The notes: generated by a model from the letters alone, not told the origin. A stretch of 61,340 nt of DNA, filler included, from Rhabdomonas costata (GCA_019059605.1; 11 parts of 11 records of this genome joined end to end with filler, not necessarily neighbours in it), one strand, 5' to 3'. Counted from the first letter of the whole stretch, positions 1 through 12,324 are shown. Numbers and translations: made by a program.

Positions 1-7
1 TTTTTGG

Positions 8-88
8 TTTTAGAAAGTCCAGGAGCAGACCTTGCTGCTCATTTTCGGCCGCCTGGAGAAGCAAGGTCTGCTCCTGGACTTTCTAAAA
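8..88. repeat. Perfect 29-bp inverted repeat with a 23-nt spacer
   Basis: 8-36 ttttagaaagtccaggagcagaccttgct is the exact reverse complement of 60-88 agcaaggtctgctcctggactttctaaaa. Confidence 0.95.
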
Positions 89-244
89 TTAAAAAAACAA
101 CACAGTCAGCTGGATGGTGATATCGTGGCCGTGGCAAGTGGTTGCCTAATGTTAAAGACAAAAAAACGGAGCACAGCGGCGACGATGACCCACTGTTTCA
201 AAGACGAGCGGTGAAGGAGGCAGTGAGGAAGAGAGCACTCGTAC

Positions 245-3200
245 CAGTTGCCACCCCTGAAGGTCAGTAAACCGCTCTGCCTTGGCATCCACGAGACTCC
301 TCTGAAGGCAAAGAGCAAGGGTATGCAACGAATCGAACCCAAGGTACCATACGTGTGCGCACAGGAGGGCCGCGAAGACAGTGATGAGTGCACAGAGAAA
401 AAGTACAAAAGAGACACCTGAGACAGAATCCGGGAGACCAGCTGGTTCAGCTTCTTTTGCTGCACAGCCTCCGTGAGCTTCTTGTGCTCCTCCACTGCGC
501 GGAAGAAAGGAAAAGCCCAAGAACCCGTGGCAAGCATTCGAATATCAGTGCACCGATACCCTCTTCTGAATTTCTTTATTTCCAAAAGAAAAAAAAATAG
601 CATGACATACTGAGCTGCGAAACGGTGGCCTGGCTGAACTGCCCGTCCTTGTTCTTAACTGCGAGAAGAAGCAGACCCACCACAACGCAAAGCGCAACCA
701 TCCAATTCCAACAAACGCCATCACGGTACCCCCCCCCCTCATCCTCTCCTTTCCCAGCGGTTCTCAAAGCATACGGCGGCGCAGGCGATGTCCGCCGTGC
801 AGCTTCAGGTCATAAGTGGCCATGGCCAGCCTCAGGTCTGCGCACAGCTCCGCATGGGTTTTCAAGCTGAGCAATCACCAATAATCCACCATCATCAAAA
901 AAGCCACCAATTCCAAAAGTAAGAGAGAGAGAGAGATCTGGTTGGGGTGCAGACCTGTCCAGGTAGTCCTGTTCAGAATCTGCGTCCATCATGAAGACCT
1001 GCTTCGCCCGCAAGCTCATGATGCGATCCGCAAATCTCAGAGAGCCCATGCTCTGGACCCCGCACACAGACCCCCAGGTCAGGTTTTCCCCCCGACAGTT
1101 TTTGCCCTACTTTCTGCCCATTTTACAACGATATAATCTGGTAAAATCTGCCGAAGAAGAGGGCTAAGCCGAAGCAGGCCTGGGGTCTTTTGTAAATACA
1201 GCAGGCCCCCATACAGTCAAAGCTGGTCTGACAGCTTGCCCCACCGAGAACTGCGCCTTGCCAAACGAAGGGGGAGCACTGAGTTTCGAGATTGTTTCGA
1301 GGTTCATCACCTGGTAGTGCCCATCCGGGAACTACCAGGGGTTGCCCAGTGGCCTGCGCAGCGGCCGCCAGGTCAGGTAGGCACGAAGGAGCAGGGAAGG
1401 ACGCTCCAAAACTCAGCTATAAATGCCGATGCACACACACACCTCTTGGAAACTTTCCTGAATGGGAGAGATGTTGGTGATCAGCATGACCTTGGCATTG
1501 GCTCTCTCGAAGGAGCACTTCAGCAGCATTGTTAGTTTCGAATCTCTGAGATTTGTTTGTTTGTTTGAGTGAGTGAGTCAGAGAGCGGAGAGGAAAACAC
1601 CTGGACCAAATCAAGACATATGAGGCCCTTTGCACCTTATGATGAGCAGGATGACCATGTTAGGTGGAAGAGTAGCCTTGGAAAAAGCGTTTTCAAACAA
1701 AAATAAAAACCAGAGCCTGTAAGAGCCTTTAAGCGCTTTTTTCGCGCGAATTGGTCCAAGATTCAAGGACTCAGGTGGGCTGTACAAGGGTGGTGGACCA
1801 AACCCACGACTCCAAGGCTCCAAGGTCGAAAGCATGCCTGTAGCCCACGAAGGTTTTGCCCTCGTAAAGAGCATTCACTACATTTCCCAGGCAGGCGAGA
1901 GAAGCGTTGATCGCCTGAGTCTCCTTCAGCGTCTGCAGAGCCAGAGCGAAAACATCAGGATGGCATCACATACGGAAGCACGCAGAGCGAAAAGAGAAAT
2001 GTGCGGAGACCCACCTGCCCTTCCGCTCCGGACTTCTTCAGACGCTCACTTCCTGAGAAAAGGATGGGGGATATGGAAAGGGGCGGAGAGAATCATACAA
2101 AACGCCAAAAACACGAGATATTAACATGAACCCACAACGATAGGCCCCGCTGTAAGCAAATGCGAAGTGTGAGAAGTCGAGGCAGAGTTGCAGCCAAAAG
2201 CGGTCCAGGAAGAAAGGAATAGGATCAACGTTCCAGTCCAAGTAAGTGTCCTGTTGCCTCCTTCCTCCCCCGACTGGGGCAAGGTGCAGGTGCAAAGACT
2301 GGAAAATGATGGACGATGGGGTTAGGGTTAGAGTTAGGGTGCAAACCAGAAATTTGGGCGCATCAAGGTGGTGACTGGGGCGTTTCGTTTTTTGTCACCA
2401 GTCGGTAGCCAGAAGAGAAGGTGAGTGAGAGAGAGGCACCGTCCGAGGTCCAGTGTGAGACCCTCCCCGGAAAGCCTCCCAGCACACCCACACGGACGCA
2501 CACCACACACACACGCACACACACACAAAAGGAATTCACGCACGCACGCATGGATGTGAAGGTGGTCTCATCTCACTGGCATCTCTGGTGTGTAGAAGAC
2601 AGAAAGATGGGCAATGGAGAGAGAGAGAGAGAGAGAGAGCAGCTTCAGCTGAACAACCTGCAAGGTCAACCAAGCACAGACGCGATCGCTTGACAGGAAC
2701 GGCTTCTTCCTGCAGAGATGCGGAAAACTAAGCAAGATAGAACCGGAAAGACATCGAGCCGCAGGCACAAGGGGAAAGAACTATCCCACCGAGATCTCTT
2801 CAGTCGAAAAGTCGGACGCGTAAATCTCCTCTGCGTTGGGAGGGAGCGGGCTGTGATCCGGAGTCTTCTCCTGCTGCAGAATATCGATCATGAAGACAGC
2901 GTGCGATCGGGAACTGGCGTCGTTCATCAGAGTTGGCGCGACTGTAAGAGTGCAGGGGCGAAAAATACTGCGGGAGACAAGAAATGCGTGCGGACAACGC
3001 AAATACAAATACAGTGCAAAAATACAGCCAAAGCATTGCCGGGAGTCGATTTCGTCTCTGGACGAGCAGAAACTAGACCTCGTTCATGACCAAACACCCG
3101 TGATGCGCATGGAAATGCAAAAGAAAAAGCAGGCCGCAAATATTACACACCGCCATTAATTCAAACCAACATGAGATAATGAGCAACAATCATTCGAGAC

Positions 3201-4850
3201 AAAGCGTTGAACTGACCTGACCGGTGGGAATTGCCAATCTGAAACACTTCGTAACACTCGTGCAGAGTGCTCACCTCCATCATCTTCAGTCCTGGAACAG
3301 CTGAAAAAAGCCATGCCAAGAATATGTAATTTGGAGCACACAACAGCATGAAAACAACAAGGCAAACAAGTTAAGGCAGTCAAACCGTCGTCGCCGTAGC
3401 GGTTTCTCTGAAGTTCCAGCACCTTGCCCCCCCGAAGGAGATCCTTGATCACTTCCTTGTGGATTTCCAGGATGGACACTGGAAGAACCGAAGAACAACG
3501 ATGATGTTATTGCTGTTTCGAAACGATACTTCACTTTTACACTTCAGTGCTGCATGATCAGCACATGGAAAAACGGAGCCAAACACAGTGCTCGCCAGAA
3601 AGGCACACGCATACGGGTGATGACAACATGGGACCGAGTCGAATTAGCGGCCTTGTACAGCAGCAAGTCATTCAGCACCCTCATGTACAACCCAGTTTGA
3701 TCACCAATGATGACATGTCCTGTTGGAAAAAGATGTGCATATGTTGGGTGCAAGATGAACATAGCTTCGGAAATTCCAAAGTCTGAAAAACAGACCGTCT
3801 TTTTCGGTGACCTTGCCCAGCACAGTGTGGGTCTTCCCTGAATGCAACAACACCAGTTCACTTCGCACATGAAAAAAAGAAATGAGTTGATTTTCTTCCG
3901 AAACAGCGCACGCACCTGACCCAGTTTGTCCGTACGTAAAAATGGTTGTGTTGTGCCCCTGTTGCAAAAAGAGGAAGAGGTCTGGGATTGGCAGGTTTGG
4001 GGATAAGCATTTTTTAAAATCATGAAAAAAAAACAGACATCCAGAGTTGAATCCACGAGATCCTTTACTGATTCGTAGAGATCACTCTGCGAGTCGTCCT
4101 CATCGAAAATGTAGTTGAAGGAGTAGGGATCTGTGAAAGAGTATGTGCACGGCAAAGCTCAGCGCCACATCCAAGACCAACTGCGCTTCATTCCCTCAGG
4201 TGCTTTTTCGAGTCTTCCAAGAAGAAAACAGGAACAAACAGACACAACTGTCCCTGAGTCAAAGAAAAAAAGAAAAGAAAAAAGGCATACATTGCTTTCC
4301 GGAGTTTGGTGAGTCGTCAACAGGATGGGTCAGGCAAACGGTGTCGTCAGTGGCCTTTTTGGCACTCTTAATTGAAAACGCTTCACCGAACTGAAAAGGA
4401 GAAGCGAAGGGAATCGTGAGAACCATCGGAACGGATACTTCAAACCTCCCTGGGCTGGGTCTGTTTCACTATTCCCTTGGTCTTCCAAACTTGTCAATAA
4501 ACACTATCGACAAGATTTTTGCTTTACTATCGTCTTGTCAAACATAACAACGTCTTTAATAGCAAACGCGATCGCCTTTTTTGGTTCGCTGTTGTCTTGT
4601 GTTGCGCTTACGTGATTTTGACCTCGCTAACACTATGCTGGTATTAAACGATATCTTTTTTTGGTCTTTCCAAGGTAAAATAAACACCGTCATCTTTTTG
4701 ACCTCGTTAACACCTGGAAGGGGGCGGACAGCCCTGAATCTGACTGCTTGACCGTTGCCAGGCTGTGAGTGTAATGTGTTTCTAGCACAGGTCACTTCCC
4801 CTCCAACTCGGAATGCCACATAAAGGCGATAGTGTTCACTTCCGGAAAAG
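245..4850 (-). CDS. Kinesin motor protein, about 18 exons, both ends uncertain
   Basis: Hand-spliced exons stay in frame: YSFNYIFDEDDSQSDLYE, P-loop TIFTYGQTGSGKTHT, switch I MNDASSRSHAVF, switch II LVDLAGSERLKKSGAEG, ETQAINASLACLGNVVNAL, YRDSKLTMLL, SLRFADR, then coiled-coil-like exons down to about 245. Confidence 0.93.
2318..2340 (+). repeat. Short interstitial telomere-like tract (TTAGGG-type) in a kinesin intron
   Basis: gggttagggttagagttagggt, about 3.5 units with one variant. Confidence 0.55.
4233..4266 (+). repeat. Dispersed short repeat, copy A (truncated, in kinesin intron)
   Basis: aacaaacagacacaactgtccctgagtcaaagaa matches the end of copies B and C and is followed by an A-rich tract. 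Confidence 0.8.
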
Positions 4851-5606
4851 GCAACGGTGAACATTTAAAAATCTAACACTATCATCTTTACAAAGCTATC
4901 AATATGATGCAGAGGTGGTGCTGGGCGACCGCCGCTGGAGCAATCTGCACTGCGCCGTCTGAACTATCGTATTTTCGTCCTATTAAGACTGCTGTGGAGG
5001 GAGGGGGCTCGCCCACTCTCCCTCCTTCCGGGAAAACGTCGGGATGCCCTTTGCTCCTTTGTGCGCGCTATCAACCGATAGGCGATTTCTGACATGATGT
5101 GTTTTCTGTGGTGGCTACTTTTTCGTGAAACAAAGAACCTGAAACAAAGTGCAGAAGGGGACGTTTTCAGTGGAGCAAACCTACAATGACAACAGTCAAT
5201 TCGGTACGTTCGGCACGTTGGCTAGGTCGCTGTTTATCACTCGCTTCACGATTCGTGCTCCTTGTGCAGGGGGGTCTTGGGCAGCCCCGCTTGATAAACA
5301 CCGACTTTTGGAGAGCACTGTGGAACTATGTTCATGGGATGCTCAGCGATTTGGGAGCCGGGGTCAAGGCATCCCTTGCATCGTATATTTACGTGTGGAA
5401 AGGGCCGTTAGGCCACAACCCTAGCCAGCTTCAACGATGATGCCAGATTCGACGATGTGACATACGATATGGCAGCTCCCAACAAAANNNNNNNNNNNNN
5501 NNNNNNNNNNNNNNNNNNNNNNNNNNNNNNNTTAATTAATTAANNNNNNNNNNNNNNNNNNNNNNNNNNNNNNNNNNNNNNNNNNNNCTTTTCTTTCCAT
5601 CATCGC

Positions 5607-5699
5607 TCTCCTTCACGTGTGTGTTTCTTTTCTGTCTTTACATCGCACAAACATACACAAACACAGACAAACAGACACAACTGTCCCTAAGTCAAAGAA
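5607..5699 (+). repeat. Dispersed short repeat, copy B
   Basis: tctccttcacgtgtgtgtttcttttctgtctttacatcgcacaaac...cacaactgtccctaagtcaaagaa, alignable to 12325-12447. Confidence 0.85.
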
Positions 5700-6131
5700 T
5701 AGTACCGTTACCGAGCCATCATAGTACAGAATAAAAAGCGAGTACAGAGGGTGGGGAAGCAGTCCACAGAGCGCCAGCCTACCAAAAACGAATCCATTTT
5801 GCTCTCTTGCAACGAATCCACCATTTTGTATCCACGTTTGGGAGTGAAGTAGAGGCAAGAGACCACGCAACCAAGTGTACAGGTATACATAATGCTGAGG
5901 ACTGGAAAGCTCGAAAAAGGCGGAATCCTAAAGACGCCCTTCAATCCACTCGAATAAAAGAGAGGTATGACAAGCCCCTTGCCCTTAACCACATAAGCAT
6001 GAAAAGGGCCTGCAGCTTGGGGATGCGCCAACTCGGCGAAAGTAAGTAAATCTGCTTTAAGAGGTTTGCACAGGAAAACACACACACGCACAGCCATGCT
6101 TCAGGCAGTTGCACAAAATTTGGGACTGGGT

Positions 6132-8157
6132 TCAAGCCTCCATCCCAACCACGATGCAGTCTGGAACTCCGTCGCTGAGCCGCTGAATCAGTGAACCGCC
6201 CGCTGTGTCAATCCCTGTGCTTCCCAAATCCAGCGCCAGCCTCCGAAGCCTCAACAGCCTCTCCCCTGACGCCGAGGAGATCCCCAGCCCATCCACGTCG
6301 GCAGCCCCGGCATTGCCAAGAGGGTTGTGGCTCAGGTTGAGCTCCAGTTGCCGAAGGCACGGTGGAAGGCAGCCCTGCATTGATGTCAGGGAGGTTACCC
6401 GGTTCCGGCTCAGATCCAGCCGCAGCCATATCACAGAGACCCCACTGTATCTCATAAGTCTCGCAAGACCTCCAATCCCATAATTCCCGACACCATTTTC
6501 GCTGAAGTTCAGGGCCATCCGCCGAGGTGCCGCACCCTCACATACCCACAGCGCCAGTGCAACCCCAGTGTCAGGCCACGGCAGCCCCCAAAGCTCAGAG
6601 TGACTGATCTCAGCGCGGGTTTAGGAATCGGACCAACTGTCAGCCCTTGAAGCACGCGTGGGGTCAGGAAGCTAGAGTCCAGCTCCAGGCTCAGCACCTC
6701 TAGATTTGGTAGAAAGCTGGTCGCACAGAACAGGCAGGCCACCCCGTAGTCCGACAGTTGGTTGTGCCCCAGGTTGAGTTCCAGCTCAGCCAGGGTGCTT
6801 CGTACGGCAACACACCGCGCGAGATAATCCAACCCCTCGTCCCCAATCGCGTTTCGGCTGAGGTCGAGGACAAGAGCGCGCAGGCTGGAAGTAGACAGCA
6901 AGGCCGAGCCAAGGCTTTGGGCTCCAGCAGGACCCAAAGAGTTCATCCCAACGTCAAGCACAAGGTGCGTCAGGCCAGGCAGTCCACCAAACNGAGGACA
7001 AGAGCGCGCAGGCTGGAAGTAGACAGCAAGGCCGAGCCAAGGCTTTGGGCTCCAGCAGGACCCAAAGAGTTCATCCCAACGTCAAGCACAAGGTGCGTCA
7101 GGCCAGGCAGTCCACAAAACTCCGCCAAGGCACCCACCCCACTGTCTTGCAGCTCGTTGCTCCAAAGGTGAAGTTGTAGGCTTGTCAGGCGGGTCAGGTC
7201 TGCAAGACAACCCATGGCAGTGATGCCGTGCTGAAAGCCTCGCCCACGAAGCCCCAGGCAAGTGAGTGTGCCCAGCCGAAGAGAGACCTTAACAAAAATA
7301 CGACAACGGCAGCGTAACAGGCACCACAGCGGCAATAACATGATCACAAAAAATGAAAAGCGGCAACCAAAACCCAAGGGCAAGTGTCGCGTGCAATTGA
7401 AGTTTTTTTTTGGGGGGTGTACCAGTGCTAACTATTTCCCATAATTAACAGAATATTAGCCAGCCGCCCGCTCCTACACAAAAGTTGTACCACTCGTCCG
7501 CCCATATCCCAGCCACAGGTTAGTCGTTAGCCATCACCATATTTGACGTGCAAACCAAGGATGCTCATCATTAAAACAAAAACGATTTTTGATGCTGTTT
7601 CTGTGGACGTTTTGACAAAGTCCTTTTCCCCCTTCGTTTTGCTGCGGTGAAAGCAAGCGTAACCTTCACAAAGAAAGTTATCACTGGTAACTGTTACCCT
7701 CCCCCCACCCAACGATAATTGGGCCCATGTGAAAGACAGCCCTAATTATACATTGCCAAAGGGCAAGGAAGACGTCAGTGTAAAGACATCTCGAATTGAG
7801 ACCGCGAACAGATAACTCGGAACGAAAACGGAAGTACTGAAGCATCCGCGATGAGCAGCAGATTTCAAGCAATGGAGTGGGTAAGGACACGTCTGACACC
7901 TCCTTGAGGACGCGAGTGAGAACAGCTTCCCCAATTCCAGGACCCAAGGTCAGCTCCATTTGCGTCACAGCCGTCGACCTCAACCGACTGACCAAGTCCC
8001 TGAAGAGAGACGCCACGGGTATCGAAACGGACGTAAGATGAACCGCACGGGCCCATCCCCGGCAGACCAAGCACATGGCTCGAGTGCAAGCAAAGGAGTG
8101 AATCAGCTGAAGCAGCTCCGCGGGAAGCTCGCGCCGGCTTCGTTGAACACAGGACAT
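6132..8157 (-). CDS. F-box + ribonuclease-inhibitor-type LRR protein; frameshift near 6571 (possible pseudogene)
   Basis: Exon 8157-7900 has F-box-like RELPAELLQLIHSF...MCLVCRGWARAV. Exon from 7287 carries LRRs such as LDLSRNAIGDEG, LNLGHNQLSDYG and LNLSHNPLGNAG. The LRR register switches frame at GCRGL/DTGVAL. Confidence 0.8.
6866..7115. other. Identical about 122-bp direct duplication around a single N (6993), likely scaffolding overlap artefact
   Basis: 6866-6987 and 6994-7115 are the same sequence, separated by a few bases and an N. Confidence 0.85.
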
Positions 8158-8361
8158 TGTTATCAAATATGGGCAAGAAAAGACTGCGAGCGCACAAGAT
8201 ACAGCAAACATCACATCTGGAACCCACCCACCGCAAAGTCCAAAGTGACGCTCCAAGACATTCAGCGTTGTTTCTTCTCCGCCTTGTAGAAACGCCTTGA
8301 AACCGCCTTGAAACAACCGCGGTTACAGGAATTGTTACAGGAAGTTTCTTGTCTTCTTCAG

Positions 8362-9493
8362 GACTGAGCTGGCACGCCGCAGGCAAGCTGAGCCAGTACT
8401 GCCACACCCGCCGCGCGCTGTCCGGAGCGGCCCGCCGTAGCGAAGACCCGTTTGACTTCATGGAGACCATCGACGGGGACGTCCCAGGGGGTACGTGCGT
8501 GGGGGCGTGCCTAATTCACCAGCTGTTGTCCAAACAACGCTCTTAAAATGCATTTTCTGAGCAGGCCATTTTTCTTGAAAATGCACCCGTTGAACCTACC
8601 ACTCCCAACACCGCTCCCTCCCTCGAAACACTCAACCAATCCAGTCTAAGGGACAGCACACGCGCAGTGGGCAATCGGGAAAAGGGCAGTGCAGTAATTT
8701 TTTTCACTTCAAAATAACACTAGAGGCCGCTTAGTTACATGGGGAGAGGCGAAGTTACAGACAGGTAAAAGAGAGGGAAAGAACCTGAACAGGAGGGGAA
8801 AGAACTTGGGATATGGAGAAAGCGTGCGCAAAAAAAAACAGAACAAAAAATAAAGGACAGGGAAGGGAGAGAAAGAGAAAGAGAAAGAGGAAGTATGCGG
8901 TTGATGGGATGGGCTCGGACAGAGTTCATGGAGAGAACGAAATGAAATGCACAAGTGCTTGACCCAACCAGCGTTTCTCCCACGCACGTGTTTCGGTGTT
9001 GTGCAGGGGTCTGGTCGGTGAAGTTCGAGCCCCTTCTGAACTTGGTGGTGGGCAGCAATCTGCTTTACCCAGGCACGCAAAAGCTCATCCTCCTCACACA
9101 CTCACACTTGGAAAGCAGTACCGTCAATCCGCAATGCCCTGACACACAGTCCCCAGGATCCGCGAAGAGCGGCAAAGGCGATGTTTAGGATTCTAATATA
9201 GCTGATACAAGGAGAGGGGGAGATATCGCCTGGCATATGGAAACGGAAGAAGCTGGTCCTTGCAGAGAGGATCAAACCGTCACATGGGCATCAATGCACT
9301 GGAGAAGCGCCGAAGTTTGAGGGAAAAGTTTGAAAAAAAGCAAGCACTGAAGCGTGATTTAGGGAGGTCTTGCGTCTGTTTGTTGTCGTTGTGTGTAGGA
9401 TTCACTTTCTACCACCGTCCGGAGTCGTCCGAGTACGGCCAGTTCTACTTCGGTGACGGCCAGCAGAACCTGGACCTGTGCTTCATGCTGTAA
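8362..9493 (+). CDS. RSPH9: Radial spoke head protein 9, last three exons (8362-8490, 9007-9072, 9399-9493)
   Basis: Spliced product GLSWHAAGKLSQYCH...DPFDFMETIDGDVPGGVWSVKFEPLLNLVVGSNLLYPGFTFYHRPESSEYGQFYFGDGQQNLDLCFML* follows the RSPH9 C-terminus (DFMDSL..DIPKGSWS...SLLWPGLTFYH...G.GEKNMDLPFML). All junctions are phase 1. Confidence 0.9.
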
Positions 9494-10719
9494 AAAAAAA
9501 ATGGGCTCCCTCCCTCCTTCCTGTCCACGTCCCTTGTTTTTGCGTGGAGCATGTGGCACCCCCCGTTTCAGGCGCTGTGCGTTTTTGTTTGTGTGCATGG
9601 GTGCATGTCTTTGTTTTTTTACTGTAGCTTGTGATGTTCTCCTGTGTGCTTCCCATAAAGAAGTCCGGTGTGCAGTTTTGATTATGTATTGTTTTTGCAC
9701 CCTCAGACTGGTAGGCTTGCTTCTTCATGGGTCTTTTGCTCCTTTATGATGGGACACCGTGGGACTGATACACCAATTTTTCTGTAAACTGTAAACAAAC
9801 TAGATTTTCAGTCATTCGAGTTACCTAGTGAAACTTTTCTTCTTTTTTTTTTCGACAATTTCCGTTGCTCCTCTTTTTCCTTCTTTACAAACAAGTATTT
9901 CGCTATTTCGCTATTTCGCTATGAAGGAATGAAGTTCAATGCCACCACGTTCAGTGTAACGTTTTTGTATGGTTCTGAAGATGAAGGTCAATACAACCCC
10001 TCGTTCGATTCGCCAAACTTCGCGGAACCCAACGCAAAAATGACGAGCAAAAACGCACGGATCGGACTGGTGATCCGATGGGCGGCGGTTGGGCGGTTAC
10101 GCTTGGGTTGGCCTGTTACCAACCCGGTCTATGATCCCCTTGCCAAAGCCCCGCCCCACGGCGAGTGCGGCCTTTGGGGCGGGAAGGGATTTCTCCGCCA
10201 CGGGATTGGTCCCGATCCCCAAAGACCTGGGGACACAAAAACGGCCCGAAAAGGCTTGTGCGCATGCACGGGAAACGGTGCTACCGCCGCACAAGAACCG
10301 GAATGCAAGAAGCACAAAACTCAACCACAACGACGGTCCAAAGCAATTCCTTTGATTGCCGGTGTTTCTTCTTTGGCCCTTTTGCGCAAGGGCTCTCCAC
10401 TGGAATCCTTTCTTCGCCAAAAAGTGGGTTCTCAGGATGCTGGCTTCCTGTCTTTTCCTGACTTTTGTCCTGTCGCGGTGGTCGCCGGGGCCCTGGTGCA
10501 CCCGGACCCCGTTCCCGTACTCCTGGTATAGGAAGCGGTTGCTGATGCCTATCCATCTGCAGGATCCAAGGTTCCAGCGGCGCGGCGGGGGATCCAGAAA
10601 GCACCGGCGGCGTAATGTAGGATGAACCCTAATGTTGGGGATACTCCGTTGAAGGACTATCCGCTCTTAATTGGCCGTGTCAACGGCTTGCAAAACTATT
10701 CAACTCACAAAACCGGTTT

Positions 10720-11101
10720 TTGACCCAGCAGAACTACCAGAAAGCAAAGCATCACATCCTCCTGGCTTTCAAGGCGTTTGCAATGAGCGTGGTCGTGTCG
10801 GCGCCGCTCCGTCACTGAAAAGCACCGCATTAGCACTGAACAGCGCCGCGCGGCATCGAGCATGCGACATCACCCCTTACGTCCTGGTCGTCGTGACTCT
10901 CACGTCATCTCAAGGCACTCCTCAATCCATCGTTCCTCACCCCTTTCTTCTCCTACTCACTGGTCGGCGTGCCCCTCGGTCCCTCCGAGCATGCCTCCAC
11001 CCTTACATATACGTGTCACTACGCATGCCCTCCCCCACCATAGGGTGCGTACGGTCATGCTCCTTCTGGGCGTAGCCACAGAGGAATACACCAAGAGGTG
11101 A
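10720..11101 (+). mobile_element. Possible decayed tyrosine recombinase (YR retroelement relic)
   Basis: Across frames: HILLAF, GRVGAAPSLKS (box I-like R-x-G-[D]), TPYVLVV, VTTHAL...VMLLLGVATEE (box II-like). Several frameshifts are needed. Confidence 0.35.
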
Positions 11102-11609
11102 CTTTAGGGTGAAGGAGCGAACCGCAGTGCGGGGAGGGACTGAACCACTGCATCTAGGAGGAACGCCCGGAGCGGAGCGAAGGGAGTGACGACCATCAAA
11201 GAACCCCTCAAGACCCTTCTACCCACGTGTTCGTTTCACCAACAACNNNNNNNNNNNNNNNNNNNNNNNNNNNNNNNNNNNNNNNNNNNNTTAATTAATT
11301 AANNNNNNNNNNNNNNNNNNNNNNNNNNNNNNNNNNNNNNNNNNNNTGTGGTGGTTCAACTAGGCGGCGGCACGGAACTTACCGATATGCCATGCCCGCA
11401 CTCTTACTCCGTCTTTGCGTGGAGGTAATAATTCTGCTTCGTCCTCGCTTGATTCCTTGTCTCTAGCACGCTTGCGCGGATTATTCCCGAACGGCTCCCC
11501 GGGGTGCCGTCTATGTTTTGCGCTTCTGCGGAAGGTCCTGGACCCTCACTTGTCTCATGACGCGCGCCGATTTCCTCTTCGGCCTCTTTCTGCGAGTGCT
11601 TCGGCGATC

Positions 11610-12060
11610 TGCGCTTGATTTCGTTATAGTGTCCGGGTCCTTCGGGTTCCCGCAGTAGTCGTCAGGGCTCGTCTGCGCGCGTACCTGGGGCGAGATGCAC
11701 CGTTTTGTATCCTTGTTGGGTCTCCTGATAAACCTTGACCCCGATGCCGGTGACTTGGGTGAAGGCGAAGATCTCAAGCGCTCCTCCGTGCTCGGAGGCC
11801 TTGACTTTTTGCAGGTATTCGGTTATCACTGCATCTTTCTGATGCGCGTTGTAGCGGCAGGACAGGTTTGCTCTACCCGCTGAGGCCAGAATCCAGTCCT
11901 GGAGCTTGATCACTAAAAAAAAATCTCTTGCTGCGCAGCGTCCAGCCATGAGGCGATCCTCACTCACACGATTCGCATGCTCTCCATGCAATCATTTCCC
12001 AACAGCGCGTGGTAGAGACAGTGCCCGACGGATCTTCTCTTTTCTACTTGTCAGTGGCTC
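11610..12060 (-). pseudogene. Degenerate OTU-family cysteine protease domain
   Basis: SVGHCLYHALLG (Cys motif, about 12030-12000), EYLQKVKASEHGGALEIFAFTQVTGIGVKVYQ, and PGHYNEI (His motif, about 11635-11620). Interrupted by TGA stops and frameshifts. Confidence 0.75.
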
Positions 12061-12324
12061 CTCGATAGCAACTCTTGTTCAGGTGTGCTACCGACGGCGT
12101 GTTCTCTCCACTGATTGTCCAAGGGTGTCGGGCTGAGCTTGCTGCGCTTCTTCTTTTTCTTCCTGTTCCACTTCTCCGAGTTTTTGATTTCCCGACTGCA
12201 GTGATTCCTCATGTGCGTGCTTCACTCTCCTTTCGTGCTGCGCAGGTTGAGGTCGGGGTGCGTCTCCATCGTGCTGCGTCCGCTGACACGACGTACCACC
12301 TTCTCCCTGGGGGTGTGGTGGCGG

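Noticed and set aside
6866-7115. Recent tandem duplication of an LRR unit
   Set aside because: The copies are identical and separated by a single N, which is typical of unmerged contig overlap.
8330-9490. Minus-strand ORFs (MVSMKSNG..., MCEEDELL..., QHEAQVQV...) as a gene
   Set aside because: They are antisense shadows of the RSPH9 exons on the plus strand.
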